Origin: Candidatus Latescibacterota bacterium
GTDB taxonomy: Bacteria > Latescibacterota > UBA2968
Length of the DNA stretch: 64,000 nt
Assembly: GCA_965222605.1 (NCBI GenBank)
Contig: OZ244960.1
Coordinates: 4,448,001 to 4,512,000 of the forward strand
Direction of reading: 5' to 3'
The position numbers and the translations under genes were made by a program. The stretch's first letter is position 1. Every line of letters starts with the position of its first letter. Of the stretch, positions 47,960 through 56,898 are shown piece by piece. The notes beneath the pieces are model-generated. The model did no database searches and had not been told where the DNA came from. It worked only from the letters and a program-made list of their open reading frames with translations.

Positions 47960-48603
47960 AAGTGCTGGTTTTGTCGGGGCCGAACCATCGGTTTGATGCA
48001 AGTGCCGAGGTTATCAATGGGTTTTTGGGCGCTCAGGACGATTTGTCTGTCGCGCTTGAAGACAATAAGGATGTGCTGACTTCAGACGCTTTGAACGATT
48101 TTGATGTGCTGGTACACGGTACGGGATTCACGCGCACAGAGCGGGATGCAGATGGGACGGTGAACCGCGTGCCGGATTTGACGCCTGAGCAAGAAGAGGG
48201 GCTATTTGATTTTGTGGCAGGTGGCAAAGGTCTGGTGGGTATCCACGGTACGGCCTGGTGGATTGGCGGGAAAGCTGTGGATTTAATTGGCGGGCACGCA
48301 AACTGGCATCCGCCGGGATTGACGTTCACCGTCAATATTGCGGATGACGCGCATCCCATTACACAGGGGGTCGATGATTTTGAAGTGGAAGACGAGATTT
48401 ATATGTCGGCATGGGATCCCACTGTTCACATTTTGGCAACTGCGGATTGGAGCGATAAGCAGCATCCCATGGCCTGGGTGAAGGGTTATGGCGAAGGACG
48501 GGTATTTTACACGACTCTGGGACACGGGCCAGGGACATTTGAGCGAGCGGGGATGCAGCAATTGGTGACGCAGGGTGTGAGGTGGGCTGGAGGGAACTCG
48601 TAA
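47956..48603 (+). CDS. ThuA-domain protein
   Basis: GKGLVGIH, HPITQG, DEIY, GEGRVFYTTLGH. Confidence 0.88.
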   Translation: MKVLVLSGPNHRFDASAEVINGFLGAQDDLSVALEDNKDVLTSDALNDFDVLVHGTGFTRTERDADGTVNRVPDLTPEQEEGLFDFVAGGKGLVGIHGTAWWIGGKAVDLIGGHANWHPPGLTFTVNIADDAHPITQGVDDFEVEDEIYMSAWDPTVHILATADWSDKQHPMAWVKGYGEGRVFYTTLGHGPGTFERAGMQQLVTQGVRWAGGNS

Positions 48604-48609
48604 TGCTTA

Positions 48610-49535
48610 GAAGCTGTTTTAAAACTATTGTGAGTGAAGAAAAGGGTTGAAAAAGCGTATTCATCTGTCCAAATTTAGGTTAGCAAATCACCCTAAAAAG
48701 AAAGGACAAAGATGAATACGCAAAGGCAATATCCGACAAATGTCACCCAAGCGCAATGGCAACTGCTGATCCCCTTGCTGCCCAAACGCAAATGGCGAAA
48801 AGGAGGTCCCGGACGCCCTCCTGCCAATTTGCGCCAAGTGTTCAATGGCATCCTGTATCTGACGAAGACCGGCAGCCAATGGCGCATGCTACCCCATACC
48901 TTCGGCTGCTGGCAGACCGTGTATGGCTATTTCAATAAATGGCGCAAGCAAGGCATCTTTGAGCAGGTGCAACAGGCACTCACGCGGCGAGAAAGAAAAC
49001 GGCAGGGACGTAAGCCTACCGCATCAGCAGGCTGCATTGACAGCCAAAGTGTCAAGACAGCAACACAAGGAAAATCAAAAGGTTATGATGCTGGCAAAAA
49101 GGTCAATGGACGCAAACGCCATCTTCTCGTTGATACCCTCGGACTCGTCATCAGCACCTATGTCTCGCCTGCTGATCTCCAAGACCGTGATGGCTTAAAG
49201 AAGGTGCTCAATCAGTATTTTGACACGGGAGAGACACGCTTACGCAAGCTATGGGTTGATGGCGGCTATCGAGGTGAAGACCTCAAGAAATGGGTCGCTG
49301 CTAAGAAGCAGACGCATAAGATTGATCTTGAGGTTGTCACCCCAAAAGGCAAAGGCTTTCAACTCGTCAAACGCCGGTGGGTCGTCGAGCGCACCTTTGC
49401 TTGGTTATTTAATTTTCGCCGACTATCAAAGGATTATGAAGACTTGACCGACAGTAGTGAAGCCTTTATTTACATCGTTATGATTTACCTCTTAATCAAC
49501 AGACTCGCTTAAGCGAGGGGTTTTAAAACAGCTTC
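48610..49535 (+). mobile_element. IS5-family (IS1031-like) insertion sequence (926 bp)
   Basis: Perfect 16-bp TIR GAAGCTGTTTTAAAAC; TTA duplication at 48607-48609 and 49536-49538. Confidence 0.92.
48712..49512 (+). CDS. IS5-family transposase
   Basis: YPTNVT..QW, TGSQWRMLP, IDSQSVK, GRKRHLLVDTLG, RWVVERTFAW, RRLSKDYE. Confidence 0.93.
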   Translation: MNTQRQYPTNVTQAQWQLLIPLLPKRKWRKGGPGRPPANLRQVFNGILYLTKTGSQWRMLPHTFGCWQTVYGYFNKWRKQGIFEQVQQALTRRERKRQGRKPTASAGCIDSQSVKTATQGKSKGYDAGKKVNGRKRHLLVDTLGLVISTYVSPADLQDRDGLKKVLNQYFDTGETRLRKLWVDGGYRGEDLKKWVAAKKQTHKIDLEVVTPKGKGFQLVKRRWVVERTFAWLFNFRRLSKDYEDLTDSSEAFIYIVMIYLLINRLA

Positions 49536-50182
49536 TTAGATTTGCCGAAGAACTCATGCTGCTCATACTTGACGACGAGAATGGGAGGTTTGCCCGCGTG
49601 CCAGATAGGCTGATGCGGTACGCGCTTGCCGGTGGTGTACTGATGGATTTGGCGCTGGAGAATCGGATTGATACGGATCTCAAAAATTTGATTCTCGTCG
49701 ATTCGACTCCGGTTCAGGATAACTTGCTCGATCCGACGCTCGCGGATATTGCCCAGGCGACCGATACTAAGGATGCGCGCTTTTGGGTGGAGCGCACCGC
49801 GCTTCGCGCCGATGAGATTCGAGAAGTGGCACTCAATCGGCTCGTAGAACAGGGTATTCTCAAGCGCGAGGAGGATCGGTTTTTGTGGGTTTTCCAGTCG
49901 CGGCGCTATCCCATTGTTGACAATACGGCTGAGCGCGAGGTTAAGCTGAGGATTATGGAGGTGCTGTTCAGCGACCAGATTCCCGACCCGCGCGATGTCG
50001 TGATTATCGGTCTGGCGCATGCATGCGATATATTCAAGGAAATTCTGTCCGCACGCGAACTGGCGCGTGTTGCCGATCGGATCGATCAGGTGCGAAAGCT
50101 GGATTTGATCGGTCAAGCTATGTCGCAGGCGATCACAGATATCGAGCTATCACTCGCCCTCGCCGTGCAGATGATGCCGTGA
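49536..50182 (+). pseudogene. GOLPH3/GPP34-family protein, separated from its start codon by IS5 (internal ATG at 49556 may rescue it)
   Basis: Reconstructed start ATG CTT AGA TTT GCC GAA GAA CTC ATG = MLRFAEELMLLILDDENG; LAGGVLMDL, RLVEQGIL...FLWVF..RRYP. Confidence 0.8.
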
Positions 50183-50203
50183 GAGAAGTGGGAAGTATGT
50201 ACA

Positions 50204-50252
50204 TAAAAAAGCCGCCCTGCAAGACTTCTGCAGGGCGGCTTTTTTTATTTTT
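50204..50252. terminator. Bidirectional terminator
   Basis: aaaaaagccgccctgca-agacttc-tgcagggcggcttttttt. Confidence 0.85.
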
Positions 50253-51536
50253 TTAAACCTGAAGTTCTGCAGGGTCGTTGGTGCGCGCGCCTTCGGGGGC
50301 AGGGACTGAGCCTGCGAGCAATGGATCGCGAGTTGTTTCCATCCAGGCTTGGAGGCGATGGCGCAGGTCGTTCAGCGCGTCCTGATGGTTGGGATCAGAG
50401 GCGAGATTGTTGGTCTCATGTGGGTCAAAAATGAGATCATAGAGTTGTTCCTGGGGTTGATTTTTCTGCCGCCAGCCCTGGGTGAGAAAGTAGGATTTGC
50501 TGGGGCTGCCGTCGCAGTTGATGTCGCCGGGACGCGATGTGGGATACCAGTGGCGGATATATTTCCATTTTTTTGTGCGAATGGCGCGTTGCGGGTCGTA
50601 ATAGCTGTGGTAGTTGATTTCTGCGAAAATTTCATCGCGGATTTCATCTGTTTCATCGCGGATAAGTGGTAGCACGGATTTGCCTTGCAGCCAGTGGGGG
50701 TGGTCTATGCCGATCACGTCGCACAAGGTGGGGAAGAGGTCAATTTGAGAGACCATGCCATCGGTGACTTTGCCGCCTGAAAAACCCGGTCCGCGCATGA
50801 TGAGCAAAACGCCGATGCCGTGATCGGTGAGGTTGCATTTCATCATGGGGAATGCGATGCCGTGATCGGTGGTGCTGATGACGATGGTGTTTTCGGCAAG
50901 TCCGACACGATCTATGGCGTTGAGGACGCGCCCGACTTCGGTATCGAGAATGCGAACGCAGGTTTTGTAAGCAGCGGTATCGTATCGGGTTTCGGGGGTG
51001 TCGGGCAAAGGCGCGGGGGGTATGCAATAGCGCGGGTCGTCTTCTGGCTCTGGTTCGGGAAAGCTGCGATGGGTGACGGTATATCCGACGTCGAGAAAAA
51101 AGGGCTTGTCGTGAGATCGGTTGAGAAATGCGATGGCCGCATCTGAGGTCGCCCGTTGATTTTTAGCTGTGTCGAATATTTCGTCATAACCGATTTCCGA
51201 GGGATCGGCTGCGGGGGGGCGACCGACGTGCTGAAAACCCGATAGAGCGGTTGTGTAACCCGCTTTTTTGAGCGTATGAACGAGGTGATGGCTGTAATCG
51301 TTGAGGCGAAAACCGCGGTGTGCCAACCCCAGCATGCCGCAACTATGGGGCCATTGTCCGGTCAGGAGTGCGGCTCGGCTCGGCGAGCAGGTCGGGTTGG
51401 CGCAAAATGCCTGGCGGAATAGAATGCCCTGTTCGGCGAGGCGCTGAAAATTCGGGGTTGGCATGGCATGCCCAAAGGGCTGAATGTAGCGACCCGTGTC
51501 GTGAGAATGGATGTAGAGGATATTTGGATGGGACAT
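50253..51536 (-). CDS. Sulfatase (sulfamidase-like)
   Basis: PNILYIHSHD, CSPSRAALLTG, TDHG. Confidence 0.9.
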   Translation of the reverse strand: MSHPNILYIHSHDTGRYIQPFGHAMPTPNFQRLAEQGILFRQAFCANPTCSPSRAALLTGQWPHSCGMLGLAHRGFRLNDYSHHLVHTLKKAGYTTALSGFQHVGRPPAADPSEIGYDEIFDTAKNQRATSDAAIAFLNRSHDKPFFLDVGYTVTHRSFPEPEPEDDPRYCIPPAPLPDTPETRYDTAAYKTCVRILDTEVGRVLNAIDRVGLAENTIVISTTDHGIAFPMMKCNLTDHGIGVLLIMRGPGFSGGKVTDGMVSQIDLFPTLCDVIGIDHPHWLQGKSVLPLIRDETDEIRDEIFAEINYHSYYDPQRAIRTKKWKYIRHWYPTSRPGDINCDGSPSKSYFLTQGWRQKNQPQEQLYDLIFDPHETNNLASDPNHQDALNDLRHRLQAWMETTRDPLLAGSVPAPEGARTNDPAELQV

Positions 51537-51564
51537 TGAATTTTCCTGTGATTATTTGCTGATG

Positions 51565-52980
51565 TCACGCATGAGATAGATACGCTCGAAGGTGTTTGAG
51601 GGCACGGCCATTGTTTATTGCTTTTCGCGCTTGTTGAATTGCCTTGTGAGGATCGGCAGTGAAACCGAGCAGGTAATCTGTGAGGGCCACATTGAGTACA
51701 ATGCGGTCGTAAACAGGACCTTTTTCGCCAGAGAGGGCTGCGAGTCCGAGTTCGGCAAAGGTCTGTGCATCGACGGCTTCGGGGCGTGGATTTTGTGCGT
51801 AGTGAAAGCCGTAAGTGGCGGGATTGATGTCGCAAGCATAAGTTTGATCGGCGCGAAAACCCTGTGAAAAATTGATGGCGTTGCGCGTTTTATCGGTGGG
51901 TTTTCCCAGGCGAAGGGAAAAGTGGCTGGTGCCTTCTTCCCCCTTGATTGCGACTGCAGATGTAAATCCGGTCTCGCGTGCGATTTTCAGAAGGGGGATT
52001 TCGTATCCCGAATGGTAATAACCGATGACAATGTGATTGCTGCCGGCACAGGTGAAGAGTTGCTGCGCTTTTTCTGTGGCAGACCACGGGGGGCGTTTGC
52101 CAATGTGGGCGCGAAGGTCGCGGGCTGCATAGGCTAATGGCGCATATTCGCGCTGGCTGATGTAGGCAAAGCCAATCTCGGGATTTTCGAGTCGTTCTGC
52201 TGCTTCTGAAAGCGACAAATTGGTGCGGGCATTGAGGGCGTTGAGGATCTGTTCGTCGGTTACACCCCATTTGGGTGGCAGGGCATCTACACCGTGAAGT
52301 ACGGTGGGGCGACCGAGGGCCGCGCGCAGTGCCGCGACAAAAAGGGTGGGTTTGAAGTAGCGGGTTGAGCCATTGTAGGGTTGACCAAAGTGGGTGAGGT
52401 TATTCACCTGTACTGTGTGGATGCGTTCGGGTGCAAAGGTCGAGTGGAGGTATCCGCGCACCTCGTCGTAGGATTCGAGGTTCATGCGCTGGCCGATCAG
52501 CGCGGCACCTTTGAGGCTGCCGCGAACGCTGTCGGTGAGAATGGCTTCGCACATAAGGCGCGTTAGGTCGTAGGTGAGATGCCCCCCGTTGAGAATGGTT
52601 TTTAGCGCGGAAATGACGGTTTGCTCATTGGGCGATTCTGTGGGACAGTGATCTTTAAGGCCGAATATATATTGCAGGTCGGGTGGCAAGTGGGTGTGTA
52701 GAGGAGGAGCATATTGTTCAAAGGCATTGATTTCCGCCTGGCTCCAGGCTGTTTTGGGCGGGTAATTGCGCCGCAGACGCATTGCGGCAAAAAAGGCTCC
52801 CATCTGGATATCGGAGACCGGATGACGCGCTTTGTTTTGCAGCGTATTGAGGATGGCATCCAGGACGGGCTGTGGCTGTGGATCGCCGGGTTTGTTGCCC
52901 AAAGGACGAGATTGCGTGGGGCCTGTACACACACGCGCCTGGGCTTCGAGAACGAGGGGGTTGGGATCAAATAGTGGCAT
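51565..52980 (-). CDS. Anthranilate phosphoribosyltransferase-like (TrpD/YbiB superfamily) protein
   Basis: QMGAFF, LIGQRMN, HFGQPYNGSTR, LHGVDALPPKWGVT, KGEEG; lacks the canonical TrpD GTGGD. Confidence 0.75.
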   Translation of the reverse strand: MPLFDPNPLVLEAQARVCTGPTQSRPLGNKPGDPQPQPVLDAILNTLQNKARHPVSDIQMGAFFAAMRLRRNYPPKTAWSQAEINAFEQYAPPLHTHLPPDLQYIFGLKDHCPTESPNEQTVISALKTILNGGHLTYDLTRLMCEAILTDSVRGSLKGAALIGQRMNLESYDEVRGYLHSTFAPERIHTVQVNNLTHFGQPYNGSTRYFKPTLFVAALRAALGRPTVLHGVDALPPKWGVTDEQILNALNARTNLSLSEAAERLENPEIGFAYISQREYAPLAYAARDLRAHIGKRPPWSATEKAQQLFTCAGSNHIVIGYYHSGYEIPLLKIARETGFTSAVAIKGEEGTSHFSLRLGKPTDKTRNAINFSQGFRADQTYACDINPATYGFHYAQNPRPEAVDAQTFAELGLAALSGEKGPVYDRIVLNVALTDYLLGFTADPHKAIQQARKAINNGRALKHLRAYLSHA

Positions 52981-53294
52981 AAGGTGAAATTATCGCGGGG
53001 ATGCTGTGTTGTCAAGTGATTGAAATGGAGGGAATCACAGTTGCGTGATGAAGTATTAGCCAATATTGACCGCTGTGCGCAAATTACAACTTTTAGTAAA
53101 GCCAAGCGGTACAAATTTTGTGGAAAAAAAGATTTGACTTTCGCATAGACAAGTAATATTTTAGCTGAACTTCTCAAGTCCCTATTGAGCGAATGGCTTG
53201 TTCGGGTTTCGATTTATGCAAAAGTCGAATTTCATGCACGTGGCGTGCGGCAAGAGCTTTCGTAGATCATTTTCACACATCAGGATACAGGTCA

Positions 53295-53633
53295 ATGGAG
53301 ATTAAGACCCAACGAGAAAATGGAATTTTAATCGCGAATGTGAATGGCCGGGTTGATAGTGCCAATGCCCGCGAGTTCGAAAATGTATTAAGCTCTGCAA
53401 TCAGTGACGACGATACTTGCGTGATTGTAGATTTTGGAGGGCTTTCTTACATTAGCAGTTCGGGCCTGCGGGTCATTTTGCTGGTTGCCAAGTCACTCCG
53501 GAATCGCAATGCGGAATTTGCGCTTTGCTCGCTTTCTAGCCCCATCGGAGAGGTCTTCAAAATCAGCGGATTTGACAAGATCATTTCGATCTACGACTCA
53601 CAGGCAGAGGCTTGCGCCGCACTGGGCGGATAA
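53295..53633 (+). CDS. STAS-domain anti-anti-sigma factor (RsbV/SpoIIAA-like)
   Basis: GRVDS, YISSSGLRV (phospho-Ser), VFKISGF. Confidence 0.9.
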   Translation: MEIKTQRENGILIANVNGRVDSANAREFENVLSSAISDDDTCVIVDFGGLSYISSSGLRVILLVAKSLRNRNAEFALCSLSSPIGEVFKISGFDKIISIYDSQAEACAALGG

Positions 53634-54140
53634 CCTGACCTTTAGTTTTATCGCGTGTGCTCTCAAGCCATAGATGGAGGGCTTGGCGTGTTTTGACCTA
53701 TTTCACAGACCGAGTTAGACTCGCCCTGCTTAATGTGTGTGCTTTCCACAATCGGGTTGCTGGCGAAGCCATATTATTGAAACTCACACGCCGATCTGAT
53801 TGTCAACTTCTTCCTGTGTATCTGATCCATAGATCACTATTCCAGGGTATCTCTCATGCCCTGTATATCCGCTTTCAAAACCTCCCGAATAACAGCCACC
53901 CTTCTATAATTCAGTAACTGGTGTCGTGTAGTTTGTCATTACACAATGACCGATTCAGCAATCGTTCACATTCTTTAATACCTCTCCTCGGATTCTTCTC
54001 TCTTACAACGCAGCGAGTAATGGGGGATAAGTCCATAAAGCGAGGACGTTTGCTATCGCAATGATTGTACACCGATCAAAGAATGCTTAACGTCGGTATA
54101 AGTAAGACACCATTAATATATCAATATAAGAGGCGCATAT

Positions 54141-55310
54141 ATGACAAAGGCGAAATACAAAATCCTCGTGGTTGATGACGAACCCGATCTCGAACATCTT
54201 ATGCGGCAGCGCATGCGGCGCGATGTGCGCGCCGGGCACTACTCATTTGCCTTTGCCCAAAACGGCGTTGAGGCTCTTGAGGTGCTGAACAAGGATCCGG
54301 ATATTGACATGGTGCTCTCGGACATCAATATGCCGCGGATGGATGGTCTCACGCTGCTCGAACAGATGCCGCTAGTCGATCCCGACCTCCGTGCTGTGAT
54401 TGTCTCGGCTTATGGCGACATGAAAAACATCCGTACGGCCATGAACCGGGGAGCGTTCGACTTTGTTACCAAGCCCATTGATTTTCAAGATTTGCGGGTC
54501 ACTATTGAGCGCACTTTGGTACACCTGAAAATGTGGCGCGAGGCTGTGGCTTCTCGGGACAAGTTGGTGGCACTGCAAAACGAGCTTCGCGTTGCCCATG
54601 ATATGCAGCAGTCGATCCTGCCGAAGACCTTTCCCAATAAACCTGGTTATCAGTTGTTTGGAAACATGGAGCCTGCACGCGAAGTGGGGGGCGATTTTTT
54701 CGATATTATCAATCTGGAAAACGATCGCGTTGGCTTGGCAATTGCCGATGTTTCCGACAAGGGCGTACCAGCTGCCCTTTTCATGATGTCCAGCCGCACG
54801 TTGTTGAAAGGGGCCGCCATCGGCAAATCGAACCCGGGCGATGTGCTGACCGAGGTCAATTATCTCTTGGAGGAAGACAACGACGCTGCGATGTTTGTCA
54901 CCGTGTTTTATGCCGAATACAATCCGGCGAATGGATTGCTGTCGTACGCTAACGGGGGGCACAATCCCCCGATTGTCGTCCACGCGGATGGTAGCTCGAC
55001 TGTGCTTCCCCAGACCAACGGGATTGCTCTGGGTATCCTGCCAGACATCCAATACGAACAAAACGCAGTCACTCTGTCGCCCGGCGATGCCCTCGTGCTT
55101 TACACAGATGGCGTCACCGAAGCTGTGAATGCCCAGAATGAGGAGTTTGAGATGCAGCGCTTGCTTACAGTATTATCCGAGGCGTCGTCGAGTGACGTCC
55201 GCGAAATGAACGAGGCGGTATTTCAAGCTGTGCAGGCATTCGCGGGCGAGATACCCCAGTTCGACGATATGACTTGTATGACACTTTTTTGCAAAGAGAT
55301 AGAGACATGA
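54141..55310 (+). CDS. Response regulator with REC and SpoIIE/PP2C phosphatase domains
   Basis: VVDDE, SDINMP, FVTKP; VGGDFFD, ADVSDKG, YTDGVTEA, DDMT. Confidence 0.92.
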   Translation: MTKAKYKILVVDDEPDLEHLMRQRMRRDVRAGHYSFAFAQNGVEALEVLNKDPDIDMVLSDINMPRMDGLTLLEQMPLVDPDLRAVIVSAYGDMKNIRTAMNRGAFDFVTKPIDFQDLRVTIERTLVHLKMWREAVASRDKLVALQNELRVAHDMQQSILPKTFPNKPGYQLFGNMEPAREVGGDFFDIINLENDRVGLAIADVSDKGVPAALFMMSSRTLLKGAAIGKSNPGDVLTEVNYLLEEDNDAAMFVTVFYAEYNPANGLLSYANGGHNPPIVVHADGSSTVLPQTNGIALGILPDIQYEQNAVTLSPGDALVLYTDGVTEAVNAQNEEFEMQRLLTVLSEASSSDVREMNEAVFQAVQAFAGEIPQFDDMTCMTLFCKEIET

Positions 55311-55729
55311 AGGTGAAACGTTCTTTGAGTATTGAGTCGGATCTCAGCGAGTTGGAAAGGCTTCACGATGCCGTGGCAGAACTCGGCGAGGTAGGGAATT
55401 GGCCCCCCGATCTCGTGTACCAGGTCGATCTCGTCCTTGAAGAATTGATCGTCAACACTGTGAACTACGGGTACGACGACGATGAACGCCACGAGATTGA
55501 GATTGCGCTGACTTCGGATGCGGATGTCTTTACTGTTGAGATTATAGACGACGGGCATGCCTTTAATCCACTGAGCGACGCCCCCGAATCGGATCTGGAC
55601 GCAGAGATAGCAGATCGCCCGATAGGGGGGCTTGGCATCCATCTGATGCGCGTTATGATGGACGAAGTACACTATCAGCGCGAGCAGGATAAGAATTATC
55701 TTACTCTGATTAAGCGGAGGAATGGATGA
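55307..55729 (+). CDS. RsbW-like anti-sigma factor / Ser kinase
   Basis: EELIVNTVNYGY, DDGHAFNP, GGLGIHL; ATGA overlap with the upstream gene. Confidence 0.9.
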   Translation: MKVKRSLSIESDLSELERLHDAVAELGEVGNWPPDLVYQVDLVLEELIVNTVNYGYDDDERHEIEIALTSDADVFTVEIIDDGHAFNPLSDAPESDLDAEIADRPIGGLGIHLMRVMMDEVHYQREQDKNYLTLIKRRNG

Positions 55730-56898
55730 GGAGAACGCGCTACAGTTGTGCGGTTTTACTACTCGTCTTGCTAATTGCAGAAATCCGTGCGGAAGAATCC
55801 GGAATCTCTGACCAGCGCATTCTATTCGGGCAGTCCGCCGCTTTTAGTGGTCCCGCTCAAGAACTGGGCAAGAACATGCGGATTGGAATTGAGGCAGCTT
55901 TTCAGGAGGCCAACACGCGGGGCGGCGTGCATGGTCGGCAGCTAATACTGTTGTCTCTCGATGACGCTTACGAACCAGAAGCCGCCATCGCCAACACCCA
56001 GCGGCTGATTGAGCAGGAACGGGTTTTCGCACTAATTGGTGCTGTTGGCACACCCACTTCGCGCTCTGCTACTCCTATCGCCGAGCGCGCGGGTGTTCCC
56101 TATATCGCGCCTTTTACCGGTGCTGCCTTCCTGCGTGAGGCCAGGTGGAAAAGTGTGATCAATTTGCGGGCGTCTTATAACCAGGAGACAGAGGCTATGG
56201 TCGCTCGTTTGACCACAGACCTGGGCATTAAACGCATTGCCGTGATGTACCAGGATGACTCTTTTGGTCGGGCGGGCTATCGCGGCGTGCGGCAGGCACT
56301 CGAACGGCGTAGCATGGAACCTGTGGCAATAGGGGTGTACCCGCGCAATACCACGGCGGTAAAGACGGGCTTGCTCAACTTGCATAGTGCAAACCCCGAT
56401 GCAGTCATCCTGATCGGGGCTTACCAGCCCGTGGCAACGCTGATTGCCTGGGCGCGACACACGGAGCTGGATCCCGTGTTTATGACCATCTCCTTTGTGG
56501 GCAGCAATGCGTTGGCCAAGGAACTCGGTCGCGCTGGTGCTGGGGTCTTTGTCACTCAGGTCGTGCCTTTTCCAACAGATGAGATCCCCCGCGTTGGTAT
56601 TGCCTATCGCCGTGCCCTGGCGACCCACGCGCCCGAAGCAACTCCTGGCTTTGTCTCCTACGAAGGCTATTTGGCGGGTCGATTGGCTATTACCGCTCTC
56701 GAACGCTGTGGTAGGGAGGTTGACCGCGCCGGGTTTCTCAAGAGTTTGCGTAGCACAGACACCATTGATCTCGATGGCTTTGAACTTCTCTATGGCGAAA
56801 ATGATAATCAGGGTTCAGACGCTGTTTTTCTTACCGTGATTGGCACAGATGGCAGTTATCGCTCGATCCAAACGCTGCGGGACGCAATAAAGCCATGA
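55726..56898 (+). CDS. Periplasmic binding protein (type I, Leu/Ile/Val-like) with no adjacent ABC permease
   Basis: Signal peptide, FGQSAAFSGP, LDDAYEP, VGTPTS, NLRASY, EGYLAG. Confidence 0.88.
   Translation: MRRTRYSCAVLLLVLLIAEIRAEESGISDQRILFGQSAAFSGPAQELGKNMRIGIEAAFQEANTRGGVHGRQLILLSLDDAYEPEAAIANTQRLIEQERVFALIGAVGTPTSRSATPIAERAGVPYIAPFTGAAFLREARWKSVINLRASYNQETEAMVARLTTDLGIKRIAVMYQDDSFGRAGYRGVRQALERRSMEPVAIGVYPRNTTAVKTGLLNLHSANPDAVILIGAYQPVATLIAWARHTELDPVFMTISFVGSNALAKELGRAGAGVFVTQVVPFPTDEIPRVGIAYRRALATHAPEATPGFVSYEGYLAGRLAITALERCGREVDRAGFLKSLRSTDTIDLDGFELLYGENDNQGSDAVFLTVIGTDGSYRSIQTLRDAIKP

Noticed and set aside
51565-52980. Calling this gene trpD
   Set aside because: No GTGGD PRPP-binding motif and no trp operon context.
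53165-53260. c-di-GMP or glutamine riboswitch upstream of the STAS gene
   Set aside because: The conserved consensus segments of those classes are not present.
53657-53917. 86-aa ORF in the signalling cluster gap
   Set aside because: Non-ATG start, no RBS, and no recognisable family; retained only as an unexplained gap.
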